A DNA stretch of 64,000 bases from Opitutales bacterium (GCA_965226885.1 CBDDEL010000016.1:64001-128000); one strand, 5' to 3'; positions 1-11,819 are shown, counted from the stretch's first letter. Numbers and translations are program-made. Notes: generated from the letters alone by a model not told the origin.

Positions 1-813
1 CCTTGGGTGCCCGCGAGGGTCGCCCTACCGGCCGAGTGAGTAAAGGAGCGATATGTTTTTGTAAAATTGTGTTGCTCTTCAGCCTGATGGCGTAGGAAAA
101 GTTCTCTTCCTCAAGGTAACTGTAGAGGCCGGGATCGGCGAAGGCGGCGTCACCTCGGAAAAATCGTTTCAGGGGACAGTCACGATAGCGGGCAACGACC
201 GGGTTGAGCACCGACAACCAATCGTCGGCACTGTGCACATTGCCTTTACGCAGGTTGGCCCGTTCCAGATCACCAGACTGGTTGAAACAGAACAGGGGAT
301 GGTAGCAGGTGCAGCCAAAATGACCGTTGAAGGCCGAGCCTTCCTGCTTTCGGTAAGTCGGGCTCTCCGAACTATCCATATCGAGAATCAGTTTCTTCAT
401 CCTCACTCGCCTATTCACCTGATCTATCCATTGACCGCTCATGTCCGTCAGTGCGCTCAGATTCGCAGGCTTGGTTAACATCTGTGTTTCAAAGCGGCTC
501 ATTTCACTGGGCGAAGCCGCCGGTTGCCAATCGGCACGACCCCCCACAATCTGCCTCATGACCGGATCAAAGCGCAGTCAGTCCCAAAACTTCATCGAGT
601 TCCCGGTAGAGTAACAATCCTGCATCACTGGGAACCTTCGCACCGTGGAACTCCAACTTGATTCGCCGGTTAAATTGAACCCGAAAACTGCTCTTTTTTG
701 CGTCATCCATAGGATTGTAATTTGCTCGCTATAAGTATATTTAAGTAACTTATTATTAACCACATAGCGATTATTTCAAGCAAATTTTCTTATGATGAAA
801 TGGGAAATATGGG
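1..813 (-). mobile_element. IS1380-family element, left part; transposase (ATG at 710) inactivated by an internal frameshifting deletion
   Basis: Minus strand reads MDDAKKSSFRVQFNRRIKLEFHGAKVPSDAGLLLYRELDEVLGLT, then shifts frame near 575 to LRFDPVMRQIVG...LILDMDSSESPTY...FNGHFGCTCYHPLFCFN...FRGDAAFA (IS1380 DDE motifs). The terminus CCCATATTTC at 813 is flanked by TTAA and resembles the CCCGGATATTTC ends of the other IS1380 copies. Confidence 0.85.
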
Positions 814-857
814 TTAAAATCCAATAAACAATAAACCCAAAAAAGAAGGATACGCTC

Positions 858-976
858 ATGAATGAAACAAGCATTGAACAAGACCTCAGTCCAGTCTTCA
901 TTCATGTAAAACCAATCCGCTGGAGAAAATTATCCGGCAAGGCGCCTGTCGGTTGCTGCAAATAGCTTTGGATGCG
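858..976 (+). pseudogene. IS256-family transposase N-terminal remnant
   Basis: GAAGGATACGCTC-ATG start, followed in another frame by NPLEKIIRQGACRLLQIALDA, resembling the IS256 N-terminal 'PL..LLRQGAR.L...A.EAE' helix. Confidence 0.55.
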
Positions 977-1235
977 TGGAGCAATAAGGACTCGATGTTC
1001 ATATTTCATATTTGCCTCTTGGGCAAAAATTTACTTTCAAGGAGATGCGAAAACACGTAGCAGGGTAAGAGGTTTTTGCAATTTTATCGACAAGTGGGGG
1101 GGTTTTCTTATGCTTGAGGGCTGAGAGTTGAGGGTTTCCGGCAGGGATCGGGAGCTTTCATTTATTGAGTTGGGGAATGTCGTTTTTCTATCTATCTTAA
1201 ATAATGACGGTCTTGTTCCGTTATAGTATGGAGGA

Positions 1236-4200
1236 TTGTTGAGGAGGGAAATGACTTATTGGGAACACGGCCAGGCTCGCAAGCTGCTTTCGACTGTTGT
1301 CGGGGTCTTTGTTCTATTATTTGTGAGTCCCCTGCCGGGGCAGAAAGCGCCGGTTGCGGCCGCGGTTGCTAAAGGATCGACTTCGACCAGCATCTTGCTG
1401 ACGGTTGAAAATGAGGTGCAGGTGGCCCTGGGCAAAGGGGCGTGGCTGAGCGGCAAGGTCGGGCAGGCGCTCAATTATGGGGATCGGGTGCGAACGGGCG
1501 AATACAGCCGGGCGGCCATCAAGCTGCCCAACGGCAGCATCCTGCGTATCGACGAATTGACCACCATCCGCTTGAAACCGCCCTCCGGTCCCCAGCCCAA
1601 ACCGGCAACGGAACTGGAAAAGGGCCGCCTTTATTTTTTCGGAAGATCGAAAGAGGATGAAACGCAATTCGTCACCCCGACGGCCAACGGAGCCATCCGG
1701 GGCACTGAATTCGAGTTGAGGGTAGCCGACAACGGCACAACGGTGCTGACGATGTTCGATGGATCGGTGCACCTCTCCAATGCATTGGGGTCGATAGACC
1801 TGGAAAGCGGCCAGCAGGGCACCGTCGAACGCAGCCTGCCACCGCGCAAAACGGCCGTCATCGACGCCATCAATATCATACAGTGGTGCCTCTATTATCC
1901 AGGGTTGCTCGATCCGGAGGAGTTGACCTGGAGCGCAACGGAAAGAGATTTGCACGGCGCTTCCCTGCAATCTTACGAGAAGGGCAGTCTGCTTGAGGCA
2001 TTGAGGCTATTTTCACTGCCGAAGAACCGCCCTCCGGGCGTCACCGAAAAAATTTATCTGGCCGGACTTTTGCTGGCCACCGGCCAGGTCGAGGAGTCGG
2101 CCCGGCTTTTATCCACCTTCGGACCGGAGGGAAAACTCTCCCTGGCTTTGAAGGAAGTGGTGGCAGCGGTGAAAGGAACGGCGGTGGATGTTTCCCGGAC
2201 CCCGCAGGGACCAACCCAATTGCTGGCCAGGTCTTACTATTTGCAATCACGCTACGATCTGGAAAGGGCTTTGCGAGCAGCCGAACAGGCCGTGGAGCTA
2301 TCGCCGCGATTCGGGTTTGGCTGGGCGCGGGTGGCCGAGCTGGAATTTGGTTTCGGGAGAAGCCGCTCCGTAAAAAGCGCCCTGGAAAACGCCCGCCAAT
2401 TTTCGCCTCAAAATCCTCAGATGATCGCCCTGGAAGGATTTATTTTGGCCAATGACAACGAGCTGGCGCAGGCTTCGGAAAAATTCCAGGAGGCCATCGA
2501 TCTGGACGGCGCATTGGGGAATGCCTGGCTGGGACTCGGGCTGACCCGCATCGCTCTCAACGAAACAGACGCCGGACGGCAGTTATTACAGAATGCGGCC
2601 GCGCTGGAACCCAACCGGTCATTATTGCGCAGTTATTTGGCAAAAGCTTTTACCATGAAACCGGATTTTTCCCTGGCCGAAAATGAACTTCGCCTGGCCA
2701 AAAAGATCGATCCGGCGGACCCCACGCCCGATCTTTACAGCGCCTTGTCCAGGCGGGCTCAAAATCGTTTCAACGAGGCGGTCCACGACCTGGAAAACTC
2801 CCTCCAACTGAACGACAACCGGCGGCTTTACCGGTCGCGTTTTCTGCTCGACCAGGACCGGGCTGTGCGTGGAGCCAATCTGGCCGAGATTTTGCAGCGA
2901 ACCGGTTTGGAGGAACTGGCGTTAAGCGCCGCGGGGCAAGTCATAACGGCCGATTACGCCAATTTTTCCGCCCACCGGTTTTTATCCAATGCCTACAACG
3001 AGTTGCGCGATCCCCTTCGCATCAATTTGCGGTTTGAGGTAGCCTGGGCGAACGAACTTTTTCTGGCCAACATCCTGTCGCCGCTGGGGGCCGGGAACCT
3101 GTCCCCGGCCATCACCCAACAGGAATACTCGAGGCTGTTTACGAGGCTGCGGCCGGAGCTCAGTTTGAGCGCCGCATACAGAAGCAATGGCCAGCGCGAA
3201 TACCTTCTTTCCAGTTCCATCCCGATGAAGAAAACGGCCCTCTACCTGGATGCCGAGCATACCGAGTTCGATGAATTCTTTTTTAATGACGATTTGCAAC
3301 GAACCGTCGTTTACGGAAGCCTGAAACATCAAATAAATGACCGGGATTCCCTTTACGCGCTCCTCATTTACAAGGACTCCGAAAATGGGGACGTTTTTTT
3401 GCGTTACGATGCCGATACGCCGATCGCGGAAAGCCCCCAGGGGCGGGACCCGGATTTTCGATTCCGCGAACGGCAGGAGCCCTTGGCCTTTTTGGCTTTT
3501 CACCGCCAGTGGTCGCCGGGAAACCATACCGTTCTGATGGCGGCGAGGTTGGATAACCGGCAAAACCTGCAAGATCAAAATCGGGCGGTCCTTTTTTTCC
3601 GGTCGATTGATGGAACGCCTGCGGCACAAATCACTCCGCCGCTCGATTGGACATTTGAATCCAGGCTGGAAATCTATTCGGGGGAATTTCAGCAGATTTA
3701 TTCAAGGGGTTCGTCCAGCATCACCATGGGAGGAAGAATCCAGGCGGGCAACTTCACAAATTCCTCGACCCTGGGCACGGCAAGCTCGATTTTTGCCGAT
3801 TTCCTGGAACAGCAACTGACGGAGGATTTTTCCCGGCATACGATCTACGGGTATTTCAACCACTCACTGTCGATTCAGGCGCAAAGATTGGATTTCACAC
3901 TCGGCCTGACCTACGACCGGGTTGAATTTCCGGCCAACCTGGCCGAAGCGCCGCTGATTGCCGGCCGGAAAACAAGCGCCCAGGTGGGGCCGAAAGCGGG
4001 TTTGTCCTGGAGCCCGATGGCTGGCTGGATGATTCGTGCATCCTACAGCAAAACCCAGACCGGGTTTTCCATTGATGAACCCGTCAGGCTGGAACCCAAC
4101 CAGGTTTCCGGCTTCATCCAGGCCTTTCGTTCCGTAATTCCAGAGAACCTGACGGGAACCATCCCCGCCGCCAACATCGAGACGGCCAATTTTTCCGTGG

Positions 4201-4816
4201 ATGGCAAACTGGGACCGGAAACCTATTTAGGATTGAGCATTTTTCACGGCAATTCGGATGTAAAGCGAAACCGGAACGCCTTCGAGGCCGCATTTTTCCC
4301 CTTTCCCCCCACCGACGTCAACGCGTTCTCCTTCGAGGAGACATTCGACTACGAAGAAACCCACATTGCCCTGCGATTGGACCAGCTTTTGGGCAATTCG
4401 TGGTCAATGGGGCTGCGGTTTTCCTGGAACAATGCCCAAATTGACAAATCGACCCCCGGTTTTCCGCAAACCGTCGCCCCTTTCCCCGTCCTGCCAAACC
4501 TGGCCGCCGACTTAATCAATGCATCCTGGAAAATTCGCTACCATTCGGCCAACGGCATTTTCGCCCGCGCCGAATACAGTTACTGGTGGCAGGTTACTGG
4601 TGGCAGGACAATCGCAATTATCAACCGGAACTGCCGGGGGACACTTTTCGCATGATCAATCTGGAAGTGGGCTTTCGCCTCAAAAGCGATCGCGGTGAAT
4701 TTTTGATCGGTTTGTTGAACATGACCGACGAGGATTACCGTATAAATCCGCTCAACAATTTTAACCAACTGCCTCGAAAGCGCACCTTCATCGCAACGGG
4801 CAGGATCAGTTTTTGA
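1236..4816 (+). pseudogene. FecR-domain / TPR / TonB-receptor-like beta-barrel outer-membrane protein (NsrA-like), frameshifted near the C-terminus
   Basis: Signal peptide; FecR motifs (GDRVRTGEYSRAAIKL, TPTANGAIRGTEF); TPR helices; long amphipathic beta-strand region. Removing the 14-bp duplication at 4579-4606 fuses ORF 1236-4655 to ORF 4586-4816, ending ...TFIATGRISF with the C-terminal Phe typical of OM barrels. Confidence 0.85.
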
Positions 4817-5465
4817 TCCAGATCGTGGTTAATTTATATAATTGTGTCGGCAAAATTTGAATTTACTATCTGAGAAAATGGCAAACAAACCCTTCCAGAA
4901 GGCGCGGGCCGTGATCATTGGCCTGGCAGGTTATCTGCTATGCGGCCTCTTGCCGTTAAGTGCGCTCAATCCGGGGGACGTGGCCCTGACGCGCATCACC
5001 CAGGAGAGCGTCATTTTGTTGGCCCTGGTCGATATTCCGGCCGGTGAACGCATTATCTTTACCGATATTAGATGGACCGCCAGGGGATTTGACACCGCCA
5101 ACGCGGATCCGGAAGACGGGTTTTATGTGTGGTTCGCCTCGGACGCGGATGGCGTCGGTTCCAACGACCCGGGTCTGAAAGCGGGTGAGCAGGTAGAAAT
5201 AGTTTTTCCCGACAACACGGTTTTTCTGCAATGGCAAGAATACCTGTTTTTATTTCAGGGTACTGTGGGTATACCGACCTTTCTTTATTCCGTCTTTGCC
5301 GATGTTGACTGGAACCTCTGGGACAATCCGGCGCGGGGGCTGACCAATGATATAACGTCCACCACCATAGGGACGATTTCCGGAGCGCCGAAGGATGTGA
5401 TGTGACCGCCGAAAACACTACCATTGCCAGTGAGAGTCTTTCTGGAGAAATTACCGGAAAGACCT

Positions 5466-5732
5466 ATGAAGCAAAAAAGATACACCCCTGAACAAATCAT
5501 AACGATACTGCGCGAAGTAGACGCAGGCAAAGGCATTCAGGATGTCTGTCGGTCCCACAATATCAGTCCTCAAAGCTACCATCGTTGGCGTAAAAAGTAT
5601 GGCCGCATGGAGCTGCGTGGCGCCAAGCGGCTGAAGGAGCTGGAGCGCGAAAACACGCAGCTTAAGAAGATAGTAGCCGAGCAGATGCTGGAGAACCGTG
5701 TGCTCAAGGAGGTGAACGCAAAAAAATGGTAG
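5466..5732 (+). CDS. IS3 OrfA (HTH)
   Basis: MKQKRYTPEQIITILRE...YHRWRKKYG; ends in an A-run/TGG frameshift window overlapping orfB. Confidence 0.9.
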   Translation: MKQKRYTPEQIITILREVDAGKGIQDVCRSHNISPQSYHRWRKKYGRMELRGAKRLKELERENTQLKKIVAEQMLENRVLKEVNAKKW

Positions 5733-6655
5733 GCCCGAAGCAGAAAAAGGAAGCGGTGAAGCATGTATTGGCCCAAGGGTCGTGCTCGCTGCGTCGGGCC
5801 TGTCAGTATTTTGGGTTGCACCGCTCAACCTACCTGTATGAACCCAAGAAAGCTACTGAGTATAGGCATAAACTGGTGGCACGCATCATTGCCTTTTCGA
5901 AGAAGCATCCGCGCTATGGCTATCGTCGGATCCGCGCTTTGTTGGCCCATGAAGGTTGGCCCGTGAGTCGCAAATTCGTCCAAAAAGTGCGTCGTTTCGA
6001 AGGACTGGGTGTGCGCCCGTCTGGCAAGCGCCGTCGCCGGCAGGGCCAATCCACGGCTACCCCGACCCGAGCAGTGCAGCCCAACCATGTGTGGAGTTGG
6101 GACTTCGTGGCGGATCGCACCGACCGGGGCGGTCCGCTCAGGCTCTTGACACTGATCGATGAACATACCCGTCAATGCCTGGCCATTAAGGTTGCGCGCT
6201 CACTGAAAAGTGCCGATGTGGTAGAGGTATTGAACGATGCCATAAGAGAGAACGGCAAACCTCAGTGCATCCGCTCGGACAACGGATCGGAGTTTATAGC
6301 CCACCAAGTCAAAGAAGAACTGCAGCGACAGGAAATTGCCATCGCATACATTGATCCAGGAAGCCCTTGGCAGAATGGACATATAGAATCCTTTCATAAT
6401 CGTTTGCGCGATGAATGCCTTAACCAGGAACTGTTCCTGAGCGTGACCGAAGCGCGTGTGGTGGTCGAACAATGGCGACACAAATACAACGCGAAACACC
6501 CCCACAGCCGATTAGGCTTTCTCTCCCCAAATACATTTGCCAGACTCTGGCGAACAATCAACAAAGCAGCGGCTGGCTCCATTCGGCCTACGGCCTCATT
6601 GCGCCACCCGCTGCAAAACCTACAATACCAAACCTACGGAAATACTCTCACTTAA
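5726..6655 (+). CDS. IS3 OrfB (rve DDE integrase core)
   Basis: WSWDF, IRSDNGSEF and PWQNGHIESFH motifs. Confidence 0.92.
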   Translation: MVGPKQKKEAVKHVLAQGSCSLRRACQYFGLHRSTYLYEPKKATEYRHKLVARIIAFSKKHPRYGYRRIRALLAHEGWPVSRKFVQKVRRFEGLGVRPSGKRRRRQGQSTATPTRAVQPNHVWSWDFVADRTDRGGPLRLLTLIDEHTRQCLAIKVARSLKSADVVEVLNDAIRENGKPQCIRSDNGSEFIAHQVKEELQRQEIAIAYIDPGSPWQNGHIESFHNRLRDECLNQELFLSVTEARVVVEQWRHKYNAKHPHSRLGFLSPNTFARLWRTINKAAAGSIRPTASLRHPLQNLQYQTYGNTLT

Positions 6656-9304
6656 AGTGGTAGCAAAGATGGGGTCCGATCAGATGAGAGAGGGGCCGCC
6701 ATAATCAACCATGAAATAAAATCGGAGCGGCGGGACAAGTTCAGCGACGACTTGGATCAACTAGGCTGGTTGCGGCTGTTTACCAACATCTCGTCCTGGA
6801 CATGGGTGGAAAACAACACCGATGCCATCGACAACCAGGATTTCGTAATTGCCGCCAGCCAGGGTCTCATCGAATTTGCCTCCGAGCGGCATCTGATCAG
6901 GGATGACAAGGGCGCTTTTTCAGTCATCCTACGGCGGCTTTACGGCAGTGAGGGGGCCGTATCGGTGAGGGTCAGCACAACGACGCGCATCTCCGATTAC
7001 TCGGGACTGAAACCGAGAACTTCAGGCACATTCGATGACCTAACAGGAATCGCTCACGGCAACGGCACATTCGTCATCGTAAGCTCGGGAGAAGGGACGC
7101 TGACCTCTCCCGACGGCTTCACCTGGACTTTGCATTCAACACCCTTTGACAATTTACACGGGATCGCTTTTGGCTTGAACCGGTTCGTGGCGGTAGGCGG
7201 CGACGGATTGATCATCGTATCCGCCGATGGAGCCACATGGACGAGCCAAACCTCTCCCACAGGCGCGTCGCTCTTTGGTGTAGAATTCATCAACGAAGCA
7301 TTTTATGCGGTGGGCGAAGAAAATATCATCCTGTCTTCACCAGACGCCCAAATCTGGACTCGCGTCAACGGGGGCAATACTTCCGGCGCCCTTTACGGAA
7401 TCGCATTCGGTAGCGAAATCGGGGAAATTGCCGACAACAACCTCTTTGCGGCGGTGGGCAAAGAAGGCGCTATTTTCACATCGACAGACGGCGAGAACTG
7501 GTCGCCTTCAGCCACCGACTTCACCGAGCAAACGCTCTGGGAAGTCATCTATTCCTCAACCGGCTTTACGGCCGTGGCGGATGAGGGGCGAGTCCTCGTT
7601 TCCACCGACGGCCTCAACTGGGAGGAAAAACGCTCCGGGGCGCGCCTCTCGCTTTTTGCCATCACGGCCGCTGGGTCCACCCGGGTTGCGGTGGGCAGCG
7701 AAGGGCTTATCATTTCGACCGAAGACGATTCGGTTTTCAAACCCACCCGGCGCCGGGTGCGGGCCACTTCTCTTTACGACATCATTTTTGCCTCCGGGAC
7801 CGCCGTCGTGGTCGGTGAATACGGCCGCATTCTATCGACTTAGGTGACAGGCGGAAGGGATCTCTCGGCATCCTCGGCAATTGATTTCACGCCGGTTACC
7901 AATGCGGGTGTTTTCTGGTCCGATGGCGACAGCGAACCGAAAACCCAAACTATCAGTTTTACTAGGGATTTGAGTACAAGTCTGGCCCGTAAGCGCTTCG
8001 ATTTGCGTATTTTTCAAGGGTTCAACGATCCCGATCTGGGCGTCTCAACAACCGAGATTTCCCTTTTCAGCACAAACCCATTGAGAAACCGGATTATCGA
8101 TAATTATGGGGCGTTTCTCACTTTTAAAAATGTCGATCTGTCGCGCAATGAAGCGGATGCCACCGAACCGCACCGGTTGAGTTTCCAGATTCAAAACACT
8201 TCCGCGACGGCTTCAAAATCGCTCCGGGTTCAATTCGACGGCTCCAACCTGCCGGACCTCGACCTGGGCTTCACGGTGCCGGCTGAAAGCGTTTCCGAAG
8301 TGGTGCAAATAGACCTTTCGGAAATTGTGCAAGCCATCAGTCTGTTTGAATTGTTGACCGATGACGACGAACCGGTATTCAAGCACATAAGATTCATCAA
8401 CAGTGTATTCATTGTCGATGAACGGGTTGGAAACGGAATCAAATCGGGGACCCTGGGCCGGGGGGTTTTGTGACAGATCTGACGCCCCTGCCAGGTGAAT
8501 CCGGGGGAATCAGTTCGTCCTCCAAAGATAAAGGCGGCGGCGTTGTAAAACCAAAATTCAGCGGGGGCACGCCTCCGCCTCCGCCAGGAGAAGGCGGGGG
8601 GGAGGGATTCGGGCTCGTCCTGACGGAAATCGAACTAACGGGGAATGCTTCCATCGAAACCAGCGGTTCGGCCGACTTTACGGCCATCGGAACTTTCCTC
8701 GACCCTTTTACTTTTGAGGAATTCGAGGAGGAGTTGACGGACCCCCAGCCCGACTGGGACCTGAACCTGCAAAGTTTTCCTGTAAACGAGAATGGATTAA
8801 TAACGGCAAATCCCAACCCAGTCCTCATTTACCCGCAGGCGGCTGCATTATCGGCATCCTCCATCAACGGTGCCCCGGTGGACGAACAAGGAGACCCGAT
8901 ACCGGTGGTCGGAAATGTGAATGTGTCCATTGATGAGCCGGAGGGAAACCAGGATTACCCGGCATGGGTAATTGCCCACGAACTGACTGGCGGGGCAAGC
9001 GGTGAAAAAGAGGATTTCGAGGGCGACGGGCTGGCCAACTTATTGGAATTTTCCCTCGGTACCGATCCAACCGTAGCAAATCCCGAAGGCCTCACATTTA
9101 ATATGGTCGATCAGGGCGGGGGCAGTTATACAATCCAATACACCCGCCCCAAGGATCGAAAAGGCGTAATTTACAAACTGCAAAAATCAACCGCCTTCCA
9201 CCCCTGGAGCGACCTTGGGCAGACTTTGTTCGGGCAAGATGAATTTACGGAGACATGGGAAGCTTCCACAACGGAAGATTCACCGGCAAATTTCAGGCTG
9301 GTGA

Positions 9305-11449
9305 TTGAACGCTTCGACCAATAAGATTCCGAAAATCTCTTGTCGGGAAATGCGGAATTCGCCAACCAAAAGCTTGTCCCAGTATATCGCCGGATTGCTC
9401 ATCGTTTGCGGCATTGGCTTGATGGTCATGTGGCATCCCTATGGGATGGGATTGCGGAGGCTTGGTTTCGATCTTCTCTTTCATAGCCCTCTGCACCTTC
9501 ATCAGGTCAACCGGTTAAGCCGGGATTTCGTAATCGTATATCTTGACGATTTATCTCACCGGGCGCTCGGACAACCCTACGACCGTATTTGGAATCGGAG
9601 CCTGCATGCCCATCTGCTCAACAGATTGACCGAGGAAGGCGCCCGTTTGGTTTTTTACGACATTGTATTTGACCTGGAAAGCTCGAATGAAGAAAGCGAC
9701 CTGGCGTTCGAGACTGCCATTGCCGAAAACGGGAAAGTGATCATGGGAGCCGGATTGGACAGACAAGAGGGTTTTGACACCGATTATGAGGAGATCATCA
9801 TCGCGCCGAACAGCAGATTCCGTAGAAAAGCTTTAGCCTGGGGCATGATTAACAGTCCCCTCGATCCCGATCAGGGAATCCGCATATTGGCCACCGGTAA
9901 CGAAAATATCCCCACGGCCACCTGGAAAACGGCGCTCCTCCTGGAGCCGGATGTGGAAAAAAGCCTCGGCTCCAGATTGCAGGAACGTTGGATTAATTAC
10001 ACGGGTTATCCCGACTCGATCCCGTCTGTCAGTTTTATGCGGGCTTTGCAGGCTGACGGTTTGAAACCGGGATTTTTTAAAAACAAAATCGTTTTTATCG
10101 GGGCCAAGGGTTCGGTTGGTTTTTCGGGTAGCGCCAAAGACACTTTCCGATCCCCCTACCGCGATGCCGGGCGTAACTTGTTTTACAACGGAGTGGAAAT
10201 CCACGTTATGGCCCTCGAAAATCTTCTCAATTTGAATTGGTTCACCCTCCTGACAGCAAAGCGCGAAGCCATGATTGTGGCCGGATTGGGTGTCATTTTT
10301 GTTCTCTTATTAACCCCATTGCGGCCCCTCGTATCCTTCCTCGGGGCCTTCGCGGGGTCCATCGGGCTGGCCGTAGCATCTGTTTATATCTGCCGCAGCA
10401 CGGGCTATTTTTACAGTTGGATTGTCCCGTCGTTCATTATGGCACCGACGGCTTTTTTGTGGTCGGCGGGATGCCATTATTACATCGAGGTGCGGCGGCG
10501 AAACCGATTGAAGAAGACATTCTCCGCCTACTTGTCTCCCATCATGGTAAAGCGGCTGGCGGAAGCCGACGAGGAACCTCAACTGGGCGGTTACGAAGAA
10601 AACATTACGGTGTTTTTCAGCGATGTGGCAAATTTTTCATCTTTTTCCGAACGGCTCTTCCCTCCCCAATTGACCGATGTCATGAATCTCTACCTGACGG
10701 AAATGACGGAAATCCTGCGCGAACAAGGCGGAACCCTGGACAAATATATCGGGGACGCCATCGTGGCCATGTTCGGGGCGCCTTTGGAAATGAAAGATCA
10801 CTCCTATCGAGCTTGTTGCACAGCAGCCAAAATGCAGGAGTGTCTCGGCCGATTGAGAAGCGAGTGGTCGCATAAAAATGGAAATCAGGCCGCAGCTTTG
10901 CGAGAGTTGAAAGCTCGAATCGGAATCAACACGGGAATCGCCACTGTGGGGAATTTCGGGTCCAAATATCGTTTGAACTACACCATGATGGGCGACATGG
11001 TGAACCTGGCCGCCCGATGCGAAAGCGGGGCAAAAGCATACGGCGTTTACATCATGCTGACGGAAGATACAAAAGCGGCGGTGGAAGAGGATTCTTCCGA
11101 GTTTGTATTCCGGTTTCTGGACAAAGTCCGGGTCAAGGGCCGCCAGAAACCGGCCAACCTCTATGAGCTGTTAGGTTTCCGGGCCGGTCAACCGGAGTCG
11201 GCTCTGGAATGTATCCATGCCTACCAACAAGCCCTCGATAAATATTTCGAGAGGGACTGGGATGGCGCCGTTTCCCTTTTGCAACATGCCGCTCTATGGG
11301 AACCCAACAGACCTGCCGAAGCCAAGGCCGAGGAGGGAGATAACCAGAAAGTAACTCCATCGATTCTTCTCCGCAACCGCTGCCTGCAAATGAAGGAAAA
11401 CCCACCCAACAAGGATTGGGACGGCGTTTACACCATGTCATCAAAATAA
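9305..11449 (+). CDS. CHASE2-domain class III adenylate cyclase (start may be ATG 9350)
   Basis: CHASE2 motifs (VIVYLDD, WNRSLHAHLL, FYDIVF, NKIVFIG, GVEIH), three TM helices, catalytic motifs FFSDVANFS, DKYIGDAIVA and YTMMGDMVNLAARCE (K/T specificity indicates adenylate cyclase). Confidence 0.93.
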   Translation: MNASTNKIPKISCREMRNSPTKSLSQYIAGLLIVCGIGLMVMWHPYGMGLRRLGFDLLFHSPLHLHQVNRLSRDFVIVYLDDLSHRALGQPYDRIWNRSLHAHLLNRLTEEGARLVFYDIVFDLESSNEESDLAFETAIAENGKVIMGAGLDRQEGFDTDYEEIIIAPNSRFRRKALAWGMINSPLDPDQGIRILATGNENIPTATWKTALLLEPDVEKSLGSRLQERWINYTGYPDSIPSVSFMRALQADGLKPGFFKNKIVFIGAKGSVGFSGSAKDTFRSPYRDAGRNLFYNGVEIHVMALENLLNLNWFTLLTAKREAMIVAGLGVIFVLLLTPLRPLVSFLGAFAGSIGLAVASVYICRSTGYFYSWIVPSFIMAPTAFLWSAGCHYYIEVRRRNRLKKTFSAYLSPIMVKRLAEADEEPQLGGYEENITVFFSDVANFSSFSERLFPPQLTDVMNLYLTEMTEILREQGGTLDKYIGDAIVAMFGAPLEMKDHSYRACCTAAKMQECLGRLRSEWSHKNGNQAAALRELKARIGINTGIATVGNFGSKYRLNYTMMGDMVNLAARCESGAKAYGVYIMLTEDTKAAVEEDSSEFVFRFLDKVRVKGRQKPANLYELLGFRAGQPESALECIHAYQQALDKYFERDWDGAVSLLQHAALWEPNRPAEAKAEEGDNQKVTPSILLRNRCLQMKENPPNKDWDGVYTMSSK

Positions 11450-11507
11450 CGGAAGCGCCCACCTGACCGTACCCCAGAATCCAGAATCCTGCATCCTGAA
11501 ACTCCGC

Positions 11508-11819
11508 TCACTCAGGCTCACCTTCACTCTCGAATCGGTAAATGGTCTCATCCGGCCGGGCGTAACCCAGTTTTTGTCGAACCACCCGTTCCAGAAAATC
11601 AGGTTCATGCAGTACAAGGTCCAGGTATTTCTCCTTTTGAGATATTTTCACTTTCAAGTGACTCAACTGTTTTTCCAACTCCATCTCCTTCGATTTGAAA
11701 TACTCAAATTCCCGGTAACTTTGCAGAAAAAGGGCGCTGAATGACAATACCGTAAGCGCCAATAAGGCGCTCAGCAATCCCAATACGATTTGAGCCAATG
11801 ATGCAATTCTTCCTGCCAT
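11508..11819 (-). CDS. ftsB: Septum formation initiator (FtsB/DivIC family)
   Basis: N-terminal TM helix, coiled coil, C-terminal ERVVRQKLGYARPDETIYRF. Confidence 0.8.
   Translation of the reverse strand: MAGRIASLAQIVLGLLSALLALTVLSFSALFLQSYREFEYFKSKEMELEKQLSHLKVKISQKEKYLDLVLHEPDFLERVVRQKLGYARPDETIYRFESEGEPE

Larger units (their letters stand above)
5398..6682 (+). mobile_element. IS3-family element (IS407 group), 1285 bp, 4-bp TSD GATG
   Basis: IRL TGATGTGACCGCCGAAAACACTACCA; IRR (reverse complement) TGATCGGACCCCATCTTTGCTACCA; GATG at 5394-5397 and 6683-6686. Confidence 0.95.
4842..9324 (+). pseudogene. Large secreted/surface protein (Calx-beta-like, beta-propeller repeats, Verrucomicrobia-type C-terminal domain), broken by IS3, an in-frame TAG and a frameshift
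   Basis: ORF 4842-5405 rejoins ORF 6752-7843 in frame once the IS and one GATG copy are removed (...APKDERGAAIINHEIK...). TAG at 7841-7843 is in frame with ORF 7844-8473. Frameshift near 8440-8470 into ORF 8470-9324. S.DG..W repeats; C-terminal DFEGDGLANLLEFSLGTDP...NFRLVIE. Confidence 0.8.

Noticed and set aside
233..763. ORFs 233-478 (+) and 578-763 (-) as genes
   Set aside because: They are antisense or off-frame shadows of the IS1380 transposase pseudogene.
11474..11502. CCAGAAT-type heptamer repeats between the cyclase and ftsB-like genes
   Set aside because: Only four degenerate units between convergent genes; no support for a defined function.
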